DNA of 49,464 bases, filler included, from Jimgerdemannia flammicorona (lineage: Eukaryota): the NCBI GenBank assembly GCA_003990765.1. It is 2 parts of 2 records of this genome, joined end to end, with 100 filler letters (N's around TTAATTAATTAA, not from the genome) between each part and the next. Parts side by side here need not be neighbours in the genome. Positions count along the whole stretch, not along the records: positions 24,783 to 49,464 come from RBNJ01000941.1; 1 more part is not named here. One strand, given 5' to 3'. The notes beneath the pieces are model-generated. The model saw nothing but the letters and a program-made list of their open reading frames with translations. It did not search any database and was not told the origin of the DNA. Shown here in pieces: positions 25,272-35,874 of the stretch. Position numbers and translations under genes: made by a program. Position 1 is the first letter of the stretch; every line of letters begins with the position of its first letter.

Positions 25272-25574
25272 GTTGCCTGCTAAAACTGTGTGACCAGTAT
25301 GGTAGTGGAGAAAGAGGGTGATCATTGTTTCCAAGGCATATATATCAAAGATATATAGTACATATGGATGGATCATTCAGGGGTTGAACAGTCAAAAGGT
25401 CTTTCAGTGCTGGGATTGTAAATGGGTAGTAGATAGAGATGTAAATGACGCCCGAGGGATCTTTCTGAGAGGACTTCTGTTTCTCAAAGGGAGATCTCAA
25501 TGAAGGCTTTGCTTGATGGAGCTGCCCAAGTTGCGAAACTTGGTGTACAGGGTGAATTTCACGTGCCTGACTAG
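25272..25574 (+). pseudogene. C-terminal remnant of a TnpB/Fanzor-like (IS607/Fanzor2-type) RNA-guided nuclease
   Basis: KRVIIVS(K)AY(I)SK(IY)ST(Y)GW...KVFQCWDCKWVVDRDVN(D)ARGIFLR. Reverting transitions gives EAYTSKTCxxCG...CxxC...DRDVNGARGI (RuvC-II, zinc ribbon, RuvC-III). Continues as ALLDGA after a 35-nt interruption. Confidence 0.85.
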
Positions 25575-25627
25575 TGTTGACTAGTCATGGTTAGTGATGC
25601 TCGCTTAGACCCATCCGTAACATCGGG
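25510..25627 (+). ncRNA. Candidate omegaRNA scaffold / transposon right end
   Basis: Perfect hairpins CCAAGTT-GCGA-AACTTGG (25526-25543) and TGACTAGT-GTTG-ACTAGTCA (25568-25587) overlap the 3' end of the nuclease frame. Confidence 0.45.
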
Positions 25628-25630
25628 TGA

Positions 25631-27913
25631 ATGGCATTTCTTTCCGTCTTGACATGCCGCCTCAGGCTACAGAAAATAAACACCCTCTCCTTCGCAACCC
25701 GCAACTGCACATCGTCGCTCAATGTTCTCGTCTCTCACCGCCGCTTCGTCACCCAACCCGACCACCAACCACCCACCACTAGCGTCCTCACTACCCCACC
25801 TTCCCCACCTCGACCACCTCGAAGATCCCGAAGCTTCACGAACCCCCCTTGGACTCCCGCGGAGGACACCCTTCTCAAAGCCTTCGTACTCCGCAATGGC
25901 TGCAAGTGGACTGATGTCTCCAACCACGTACTCCCCAATCGCCTCCCAGTGGCCTGCCGCAGCCGCTGGATTAACGTCGTGAACCCTTCCCTCCGCCATG
26001 GCACCTTTACCCACGAGGAGAGAAACGTCATTCTCCAGGGCGTCAAGCTCTATGGCGAGAGGAAGTGGTCCTTCATCGCTAACGAGCTTCTACAGGGCAC
26101 GAGATCCGCGAGCCAAGTCGCCGGTCACTGGAAACTGACGCTCAACCCGGCCATCCGTCGGAACCGCGCGCGAGAGACCTGGGAGCCCGATGAGGATAAG
26201 TTACTTGTGATTGGCGTGGAGAGGTTTGGCGTCGGGAAGTGGGAAGAGATTGCGCGCAAGATGCTGCCGCATCGGACGAGGGTGCAGTGCCGGCAGAGGT
26301 GGGTACGCGTACTGGATCCCGAGGTGAGTAGAGTCCCGTGGACGGAGGAGGAGATGGAGATTTTGCTAAGGAGGGCGTTGGTATATGGGACAGAGAATTG
26401 GTGGAAGGTAGCGGATGGGTTGCCCGGGCGGACGCCGTGCGCGTGCGAGGAGATGTGGGTAAGAAAAGTCGATCCGTCGCGGCGTGAAGACAAGCGGTGG
26501 AGGGACGAAGAGACGAATCTGTTCTGGGCTAGAGTCGAGCAGTTTGGGAACGACTGGGTCAAGGTGGCAGAGGCATTGGACGGGAGGTCGCGGAAGGATT
26601 GCATGCACAACTTTTGGAGATTCGCCAAGCAGCTACGGGAGCACGTCGTCAAGGATGATATATTGATCGGATCCGGCGACTTCGCGCGGTATGTGGCGAT
26701 GCTCATTAATGGCAAGCTCTCGCGGAGGAAGTTCCAACGCTGGATACCCCAGGAAGACGCCCAGCTCCGCCAAATTGTCGAATCGGCTGGTACGGGAACC
26801 CCCCTCGATTGGAATGATGTCGCACGCCAAATTCCCGGTCGTACCCCCTTACAGTGCAAGGGTCGTTACACCGACCACCTCTCCGCTCTCATCAAGGGCC
26901 GGTGGACTGCCGACGAGGATGCTCTCCTCGCTTCGTTGGTCACCATGCATGGGCACGCATGGTCCAAGATCGCGTCGCACGTGCACGGCAGGACGCCTTT
27001 GCAATGTCGTCGGCGCTGGAGTAACACCTTGCAATATCAGCAAAACAACATCAATCCGTCAACTGCATCCAACGTCGCCGATTCTGCCTCCCCCCGACCC
27101 GCTATCCAAAAAGGTCCCCTAACCAACGACGAGAAGCACGCCGTCATTTCCGCCTGGGCGGAACTCGGCCCGGACTGGTCGGCCGTCTCGCGCCTGCACC
27201 TCCCGCACCGCACCCCGGAACAGTGTGGCCGCGTCTGGCGCCGTTCCATCTCCGGCGAGATCCGTAAGGGCCGCTGGATGCCCGAGGAGGACGACGCGCT
27301 TCGCTTCGCCGTTGAGCGCATCGGCGGGACCGCCCAAGGACAGGAAGAGGGGACCAGCACATCCCAACCCACTCCCTCGCCACCGAACATGTGGATTTCC
27401 GTAGCCCGCTTTGTTCAGGGCCGCACACCACCCCAATGCCGCCTCCGATGGACGTGCACGCTGCGCCCGGGAATTCGGAAGGGCAAGTGGACGGGCGCCG
27501 AAACGATGCGGTTTTTGGAGGCGGTGGAGCGGCACGGGAGGCATGGAAACGTGGCGTGGGAGAACGTGGCGAGGGATGTCGGGGGCGGGAGGACAGCGTG
27601 GGCATGCCGGCAGAAGTATTCGCGCGGGACGACGAACACGGCTTACCGCACGTGGGTTTGGAGTGCTGTGGAAGATACGAGGTTGAAGGAGGCGGTTGAA
27701 AGGTATAAGGATGGAGCCCCCGAGAAGATGTGGGAGATGGTGGCGAGGGAGGTTGGGACCGGGAGGAGCGCGTGGGCTTGTAGGATGAGGAGTTTGGGGA
27801 ATGCGAAGGGGGTAGAGGCTAGGATCCAGAAGAGCAGGAAGAGGTATTTGAAGGTCAGTATGGAGCGGTTGAGGAAGGTCATGGATCAGAAAGGGGGGAG
27901 CGTGGATGGATAG
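25631..27913 (+). CDS. Intronless multi-repeat Myb/SANT protein (about 11 repeats), 760 aa
   Basis: Repeats start WTPAED, FTHEER, WEPDED, WTEEEM, WRDEET, WIPQED, WTADED, LTNDEK, WMPEED, WTGAET, WSAVED, most with W...(G)RT..QC..RW-like cores. Confidence 0.93.
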   Translation: MAFLSVLTCRLRLQKINTLSFATRNCTSSLNVLVSHRRFVTQPDHQPPTTSVLTTPPSPPRPPRRSRSFTNPPWTPAEDTLLKAFVLRNGCKWTDVSNHVLPNRLPVACRSRWINVVNPSLRHGTFTHEERNVILQGVKLYGERKWSFIANELLQGTRSASQVAGHWKLTLNPAIRRNRARETWEPDEDKLLVIGVERFGVGKWEEIARKMLPHRTRVQCRQRWVRVLDPEVSRVPWTEEEMEILLRRALVYGTENWWKVADGLPGRTPCACEEMWVRKVDPSRREDKRWRDEETNLFWARVEQFGNDWVKVAEALDGRSRKDCMHNFWRFAKQLREHVVKDDILIGSGDFARYVAMLINGKLSRRKFQRWIPQEDAQLRQIVESAGTGTPLDWNDVARQIPGRTPLQCKGRYTDHLSALIKGRWTADEDALLASLVTMHGHAWSKIASHVHGRTPLQCRRRWSNTLQYQQNNINPSTASNVADSASPRPAIQKGPLTNDEKHAVISAWAELGPDWSAVSRLHLPHRTPEQCGRVWRRSISGEIRKGRWMPEEDDALRFAVERIGGTAQGQEEGTSTSQPTPSPPNMWISVARFVQGRTPPQCRLRWTCTLRPGIRKGKWTGAETMRFLEAVERHGRHGNVAWENVARDVGGGRTAWACRQKYSRGTTNTAYRTWVWSAVEDTRLKEAVERYKDGAPEKMWEMVAREVGTGRSAWACRMRSLGNAKGVEARIQKSRKRYLKVSMERLRKVMDQKGGSVDG

Positions 27914-28181
27914 TTATGGAGAGCTATTAGAAATTTTCATAGTACATTGATTCCATGTATTTGCATGTACACGCGATAATAAGACTTTGGCCTTTGCATC
28001 CAAAAAGGGCCAAACTTTGCTAATCTGCTACAATTGTCTGCTCAAACCATGTTGGTGTCACCTGGTAACTGTTCACGCCGATCTTCAGAGCAGTCACCAA
28101 AATCGTCATCGGCCCATTTTCCTTTTTCATCGCTGTCTTTCTTCACCCCCCCAACCCCCCCTCTCGACATCCCAACTCCGA

Positions 28182-29934
28182 ATGGCCACCCACTCCACCC
28201 CGCGCCACTTCACCGCCCTCTTCAAAACTACCCCCACGAACCTCACGCGTCGCCTCCACACCAATACCCGCCCGCACTCGTTGCCAGACCTCGCGTGCCA
28301 CCCTTTTTTCACCCCAAACCACCACCCACCTTCTGGGTGCCTGGGGCAGGTCCGCACCTTCTCGCGCTCCGCGTCGCCGCTGCCGCACAATCATACCAAT
28401 TTCTTCGCATCCGGTGCAAAAACTGCATGGATCTCTCGGCCCATCGGTGCGGGGTCTGCCCGGGGGCTCGCAACCGATACACCAGCGGCGGCGGCATCAT
28501 CAACGGGAGTGAAGCAGAGCGGGAAGATGGGGCAGAAGAATGAGATGAAATTGCGATGTGAGTTTGGTGTGTGGATTTCTGTGGGGCTATTTTGGGAGGT
28601 CGTGTGTGATTCATCATCAATCAATCTCTCCTCCAGGCACCGAATTCGACCACTCAGGCTCTGTCAAGACGACGGCGGGCGAGTTCCTGAAATCGGAACT
28701 CTGCGCGCATCACGGCTTGCAGCCGCGGGATTTGCGTAAAATTGACACGCACTTACTGAACCAAATGCCGGCGATCCTGGTGCGGTCGGAGGCAATCCTC
28801 GTCAATCTGGCGCACATCCGTGCGCTCATCAAGGCAGACCTCGTCGTGTTGTTCGATAGCTACGGGAGCACAGATAGCTACAACCAGAGTATATTTGTCT
28901 ATGATTTGCAAGAGAGGCTCAGGTTGAGTGGCGCCAAGGCTGGTGGATTGCCGTTTGAGTTTCGGTAAGTTTAGTAGAGGGGTAAGCACAAAGGGAGAGG
29001 ATTTTGTCGCGATTGAAGAAGGAGCTGGATCGATCGAGATTGCAAATTGAACCGGGGATATCACCATTGTCGTACATCACCCTCGTCATTAACACTCCTC
29101 CATTCACCTTTCATGCAGCGCCCTGGAAGCCATTTTCATCTCCGTGATCAGCTCGCTGCAGTCGGAAATGGAAGTGCTCGACTCTCTCGTAACGCGGCTG
29201 CTGGCCGAGCTTGAGGAGCGGATCGAGCCGCAGCAGCTCAAGGAACTGCTGCAGTACACTAAGAAGCTGTCCAAGTTTGAGAAGGACGTGCTGAGTATTA
29301 GGGGCGCCATCACGGAGGTGCTGGAGCAAGGTGTGTGTGACTGGAGGGGATATGGGATGACCGTGGGCTAATGATAGTCAGCGGGGGGTTAAGTTCTGCG
29401 GGATATATTGGTGAGATGGTGTTTGAAAGTATAGACTCGTTGTGGGTGGTCCCATGGTATGGTGCACTATACCATCTGATGGCCTCAACCCCTCCCTCCC
29501 ACTCCTTTTACCCAGACGAAGATCTCGCGGCCATGTACCTAACGGCCAAGAAATCCGGCGCACCACGCGACTCGAGCGACCACGAGGAGATCGAACTTCT
29601 CTTAGAGACGTACTTGAAGCAGGTAGAGGAGATCGCGAACACGGCGACGACGTTGTTGGCCAACATGCGGTCGACGGAGGAGATTAGCAACATCATCCTG
29701 GACGCCAACCGCAACGCCCTGCTCCTGTTCGAGCTCAAGCTTGCCATGGGCATGCTCGGCGTCAGCGGTGGCGCACTCATTGCCTCTTTGTTTGGTATGA
29801 ACTTAAGGTCGTACATGGAGGAGAATCCGTACGCGTTTGGTATTGTTAGCGGGGGGGCAATTGCAGTTGTAGGAATTACATTTTGGGTTAGCCTGAGGAA
29901 GATGAGACGGTTGGTGAGGATGATGGTTTGTTGA
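28182..29934 (+). CDS. MRS2: Mitochondrial CorA-family Mg2+ channel (Mrs2/Lpe10), 4 exons
   Basis: Presequence-like N-terminus; LRCTEFD, GLQPRDLRKID, LPFEFRALE, DEDLAAMYLT, LDANRN, LFGMNL. Introns ~28559-28637, 28965-29118, 29331-29514. Confidence 0.93.
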
Positions 29935-30123
29935 GGGGGTGAGAATAAATGATGGCCGGGAGTTGGGGATATGATTGAGGAAGACGCGGCAGGGGAGTTG
30001 GTTGGTGGATGTTCCTTATTAAAAGTCGTCCAACAGATCTACAAAAACCGAGTCACGACCCCAATTGTTTTCACAGGATCGCGTATAAGCCAGAACACCT
30101 GTACTTCTCTTACCCTTTCATCA

Positions 30124-31523
30124 ATGACAACCTCCTCCTTGCTCTTCCGCTCTCTCTACCGTTGTAAAATCTCCACGCTTTTCCAAACGAACTCGTTCTT
30201 TGCTTGTCTCAAACCCATCGTCATGGCCACCCCCGCGACCAACTACTCAACCTCCAGCTCTGGTTCGTCCTTCCTACCTTCCTCAGATCGTTTCCAAACA
30301 CCGAACATGCTGCTCACCCTCACACACATCTCATTGCAGATGCCAACCTGTTCGACCAGCTCCTCCCCTCGACCTCGACGATCCGCCTCTTCGACAGCAT
30401 CCCAAAGTACCGCGAGTGGCGGCGCCAGGTCCTGCTTAGAGGCGAGACCGTCGGGTTTGTGCCTACCATGGGCGCGTTGCATGAGGGGCATTTGGAACTA
30501 GGTATGATATGTGAATGGGTAAACTTGAAGAAGTTTGTTGTGGTGTTGATAATGCTTTGGAGCCTGATCTAACTGGAACCCTTTGATCAATTCGCCCATC
30601 AGTCACCCTCGCCAAACAGCACACGACGCACGTGGCCCTCTCCATCTTCGTTAACCCGGCCCAATTTGCGCCCCACGAGGACCTAGCGCAGTATCCGCGT
30701 ACCCTCCCATCGGACCTCAAAAAGCTGGAGTCTCTGGGCCCGGGGGCCGTTTCCGCGGTGTTGGTTCCCAGCGTGTCGGACATGTATCCGTCGGGCATCA
30801 CACTGGACGTGGTGGAGCAGCGCGGCACGTTTGTCGAGATCAAGGGAAAGTCTCACCAAATGGAGGGTATCACGAGGCCGGGATTCTTTAGGGGCGTGGC
30901 TACCGTTGTGTCGAAGCTGTTTAATATTGTGAGTTGGAGGCCGTGTGGCGTTTTGGATCATGGTGTTATATGGTCTGACTTTTCGCATTCGCATGTAGAG
31001 CACGCACAGAACTCACCCATTCCCCCTCGACCCTCAACCCCAGATTCAACCCGACGCCGCCTTCTTTGGCCAAAAGGACATCCAACAATGCATGGTGATC
31101 CGCACCCTAATCCGCGACCTCCACTTCCCCCTCCATTTCCACATCGCCCCGACGGCGCGCGACCCAACGGACGGTCTGGCCCTGTCTTCGCGCAACCGCT
31201 ACCTGACAGCCTCGCAGCGCCCGCGCGCCACGGTATTGTACCGCGCGCTCTCGGTCGCGCGGGCCGCCTACGACGCCGGCGCACGCAACCGCGAAGAGGT
31301 GCTGGCGCCAGCCCTCGCTGTCGTCGACGAAATGGCACGCGAGGTCAGGGAGCTGGACGAGGGGTGGGAGGTCAGGCTTGATTATATTAGTTTGGCGGAC
31401 CCGGAGACGTTGGAGGAGGTGCAGGAGGTGGTGGAGGAGGGAAGTGGGTTCATTTTGAGCGGGGCGGTGTTTGTCGGAGGAACGAGGTTGATCGATAATA
31501 TTGTGGTTGGGGTCGAGTTGTAA
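30124..31523 (+). CDS. PAN6: Pantoate-beta-alanine ligase (pantothenate synthetase), 4 exons
   Basis: GFVPTMGALHEGH, SIFVNPAQF, FRGVATVVSKLFNI, FGQKD, DGLALSSRN, RLIDN; GT-AG introns. Confidence 0.96.
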
Positions 31524-32146
31524 TTGGGAGGTGGAGAATACTTGATGTTGATAGGTATGGCGCATGTATGTGGTGGGCGAACCCTTCATGGTCAATCGCA
31601 CTTAATTTATAGAATGATTAATTTAAATTTGATTTCGAGGTTGGGTTGAAGAGGGTGGTGAGGGAGGAGTGAAGTTGTTATGGGGGAAAAGGCCTGAGAT
31701 ATGAACGGTGCTGTTCTCTGTTAGATTCGTCAGCTGTTCCTTACGAACTTTCACAGTGGTTCACAATATTTGTCGGGTAGCATAAGGGAAGCCCAAATTA
31801 GTAGATACACCATCAACGCACGGGGTTACTGATGGTTATGTCGTGAGAGGACTCGGGCTTTTATGAGCACATAATCATTGGGTTATCGATATCGAGGAAA
31901 CCCTCCTCTGATCATAACGCCGCAGAACTCGTCGCCCAATACTGGCACATCCAGCCCCCATCGAGAGTGTCCCTCTATCCGCGTCGCGTCCAGATGGCAG
32001 GATGTCGTCGATTTTCGGACAAAAACCGTGTGGTGCGCGAGCTTTGAATAGTGTGAAGGGTCGGATGTTTTCAATTCGCGATGACGTCACCATCTACATA
32101 ATAGTACGTGACCTGGAACCCAACAGCAGCAACGATCCTGTTTGAC

Positions 32147-32848
32147 ATGTCCTCTTCAGCAACGCACCCAAAGGGCAAGACCCTCATCGAGCGCATCCCC
32201 TCCAAGACCAAAAAAGACGTCGATGACATCCCAGACGCCGAGAAATGGCGTATTGTCGAAGAGTCCGGTCTGCTGAAGAAAGTCAAGACGAAGCGCAAGA
32301 AGGCGAAGAAAGAGGAGTCAGAGCCGGAAATCTGGGAGTACGTCTTCCAGGCCCTCTTCATTTCCGTGCCCTTCAGCTTTCTCTTCTCCATGTTTGACGT
32401 TGTGGTCAGAGTCCAGTATCGTGAGAGCTGGACCGTGCCTGGGCTGGCATGGAAAACATTACAGGCTTTTCCAGGTAATTTGTTCGGCTACACGCTTCCT
32501 GCAATTCTCGGAAATTATTTCCTGCCATAACCCCTCTTTCCATCTCCCGCCTTCAAAACCGCAGTTCTCTTCGTCATCATCTACCTCACAAACCGCCACA
32601 AACCAACCAAGTTCCTCCAGCTCCTCATGGTTCTCGCGTCGACCGGGTGCGGCTGCTTTCTCCTCTACACCTCCACCAAGTCTTCGTCGCTCGGCCAGAT
32701 GCAGCGCACTCCCGGTCTCGCCACCATCTGGATCTACTTGATAGTACAGCTCGACCTAGTCCCAGCCTTGATCTCGCTGAGCATCGCCCTGCTTTATTAC
32801 TATTATGGTTTATCGGAGGGGGGGAGTGAACCCATCAAGAGGTATTGA
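32147..32848 (+). CDS. Small multi-pass membrane protein of unknown function, 2 exons
   Basis: Exon 1 (DIPDAEKWRIVEESGLL...FDVVVRVQY) spliced via GT-AG intron ~32475-32564 to exon 2 (MQRTPGLATIWIYLIVQLDL); several hydrophobic segments. Confidence 0.8.
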
Positions 32849-33305
32849 GCCCTCTAGGTCGCACGTGTTTATGTCCCGTGAAATCCTAATTGTAGTCGTG
32901 GTGTAATGTCTAGAGGGTATTGGCCCATAAACGTATTGCCTCTTCGAGGCTCTCGGACACGGGTGCATATTTGCCCGTTTGCTTATATCTTGAGGAAAGA
33001 TACCATAAATCGAGATACGACTGGTTCCACGGTTCCACGGAACCAAAAGAGGGATACTAGGCTTCTACGCCTTGTCCAATAAAAAGGTGTCACGTTTTGT
33101 TATTTACGATTTTTAAGGTCACTCCACTCACCTTCCTCGGTCTCATCGTTCAAACTCCATCACATGATCGTGACGACGTCGCTCAACCACAGTATCCAGG
33201 AATAGACGTAGCAAAGTTGGTATATGTTTGTTTTTGATCATTTGTCAGGATATTTTTAATCTTGGACTGCATAAAACAGCTTCCATTGCTCGGGTTGTAT
33301 TTTTG

Positions 33306-33361
<56 letters not shown>

Positions 33362-33363
<2 letters not shown>

Positions 33364-34250
33364 CATTGTCACAGCGATCCCGGTAAACACCGATGAGACG
33401 CCCGACGAAGACGGCGATTTTTGTGTGATCACGTCGCCCGTCGATGTAGCCGTAGCCGTCCCGTTCGTACCGTTCACTCTGGGCGCCACGATCGTCGTGC
33501 CAGCCGGGAGCATCAGCTCGGACAGAAACTCGGAGCTCTGGAACATGCATGTCTCGTTGTAGCCACATCCAGGGATGATCTTGAACGCCTGTGTCGCGCT
33601 CGACACGTTTTGCATTAGATACAGGTACCTCTCCCACACCAGCCCGCGCTGCTTTCGCGTCCACCCCTCGGCCTCGGCCTCGCACGACGTATCCAGCTCA
33701 CCGTCGTTCAGCACGTCCAGGATAGGTAAAGCTGCCGCCACGACGGCATCACCCACGGCTACAATATAGCCGTCCGTTGCGCAGAGACCGTACTTGCCGC
33801 GTCGGCATTCCAGTAGGGCGAGACAAAGTCGGAGCTTGCGAAGTTGCAGTCGTTCGTCCCGGGGCCGGGCACGTCGACTGCGAGAGTCGCTGCTTGTCCA
33901 GGTACATGTTTCCGCGTTGGCGACCACGTACTTGACGGGTACGCTCGAGCCAGCGCATCGCTGCACCATCTGCCCACCAGCCGAGTGGCCCGCGACGAGA
34001 ACCTCCATGAGGTTGGGGAACGCCCAGCGCGCGCCGCCGATGAGAAAGTCGAGCACCGTGAAGGAGAAGATCACGCCTGTCTTATGTCTGCCAGGCCATG
34101 CACCAGCCGGCGCAGCCGAAGGTAAGGGCGCCGGCCGGCGGATTATCCGATGCCCATATGAAGCGTGGAGTTAATTTTGGGGAGGAGGGTGAAGTCGAGC
34201 GCGTTGCGTTGGACGCCGTGTACGATGGCGACAAGTTTGGTCACCGAGGG
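33362..34250 (-). pseudogene. Disrupted alpha/beta-hydrolase-like gene running into a 55-nt poly(A)
   Basis: LVAIVHGVQRNA ~34200-34240, AGHSAGGQMVQR (GxSxG), YVVAN, CEAEAEG; frame breaks and apparent deletions; T55 at 33307-33361 on the plus strand. Confidence 0.65.
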
Positions 34251-34476
34251 AAAGAATAATTGCCCAATGCCGATGTTTGAGGATTATTGAACATAAAGGT
34301 TCATACGAAGTTGTGCAAGCAATTGTCAACGTCCATTGACCTCACCACCAGAATATATCTTTCTGTGGCATTTGTGACGCGTATATACAGGGGAGAGCAA
34401 AAAAAAAAAAAAATCTTGGTAGAGGCAACACCACAAAGGAAGCGGGAACGTTTACCTTCTCATATTTGTGTACAAG

Positions 34477-34985
34477 ATTGACATATTTGAGAGTACCTTA
34501 TAGCACCACCGTTTTTTCCCCTCAACACGATTTTTTCCACCACTGGATTTTTTTTCAGAAGACGTCCTTTTGTCTTTGTGGATCGCCCACCTCTGGAATC
34601 GATCATCGCCACCTTTGTTAATAAAATGCATGGATGCGTTCCGTCTTTTTTTCTTTTGCCATATATACATACATACTTATTTGAACTTCAACACAATGGA
34701 GCAAACTTCTGACCCCAATAACCGTCCTTGGAAACTTAAATAACACATCTTTTCGCTCACAATATCCGGTCTGGATTTCTCAACGGATAAATAAACGATT
34801 ATGGATGGATAAACATCGTTGCTGTTGTCACCATTGTCGTCGTTACTATCATTGTCAATATGGGTGGGATGGCACATGACCGTTTTGGGGAGATGCATCC
34901 TCTGAAAAAATCCAGTGGTGGAAAAAATCGGGTTGAGGGGAAAAAAACGGTGGTGGTATAAGGTATCCCCCCCATATTTGTCAAT
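34477..34985. mobile_element. MITE-like non-autonomous element with ~85-bp imperfect terminal inverted repeats
   Basis: taccttatagcaccaccgttttttccctcaacacgatttttccaccactggattttttt is the approximate reverse complement of aaaaaatccagtggtggaaaaaatcgggttgaggggaaaaaaacggtggtggtataaggta. Confidence 0.75.
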
Positions 34986-35874
34986 TCATCTGTTTCGGGA
35001 CATGAGTTAAAATATCGGGCAACTGTCACCTGATTCCTTTAGGTGTAACATTTTACTGTCAAAAGTATGGCGCCGCAGTAATCGCCCACCTCGTCGTGCG
35101 CAAAAAACGATAACATACAAAGAGAAGGAACGTCGAACTAGAACTATCGAAGTGATCGTATCCATCAAATTTTATGACGGCGCGATACGACTCAAAGTTT
35201 GGGGAGGGAAAAAAAAATGCTTTAGCCATTACGGTGTTTGTCCGACAGGTCGAAAAATGGATTGGCTACACAAATTACGCATCCACATTTTTGCAACCCA
35301 CCGGATCGAACTTAACATCAAAATCGCTCACATTCTAGTTTACGATTTGCAAACATTCAACGTGGGAGCTTTCTCTTTATTCTTCCTTTCCGTCCGCAAA
35401 ATAGGCTCAGGATTTTCGTTCCGATCTTCTGGTCGAGACTAAATGGCTAATGGACATGCGACCGGTGCCGCATGCTACGAATGGATACATATTTTCTCGG
35501 TAGAAGGGCTGTGGGAAAAGGACGATGTAAACAGCCCGATATGCTTATGTCTGTCCTTTCTTGTATTTCCTACCCTAATGGGGATCTCGGAAGTCACCCG
35601 ATTCGAATCAGTCACGGCTCCGGGCTCATGCATAAACCACAAACCCTCTAACGCAGGAGGCAGCTCCAGGTAAGTGTTTTTATGAGGGGCAATCATGCTA
35701 AATCCAAACGGCAGTAAATTTGTTTATATTTTCCACTTCAATGCACATGACCTTTTATAACATCCGTGGCATGTGTCCGATTGCTTACGGAGTGCACCTA
35801 CTAATCATTGTCGATTCGAAGGATACCGCTCAGGAGGTCGGACACAGCAGATGTGGGAAATAGATATTACTCGA

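Noticed and set aside
25667..31601. Numerous overlapping antisense and alternate-frame ORFs in the track
   Set aside because: Shadow ORFs of GC-rich coding sequence with no recognisable motifs.
33245..33685. Poly-lysine proteins predicted on the minus strand
   Set aside because: Translation of the T55 homopolymer, not a credible protein tail.
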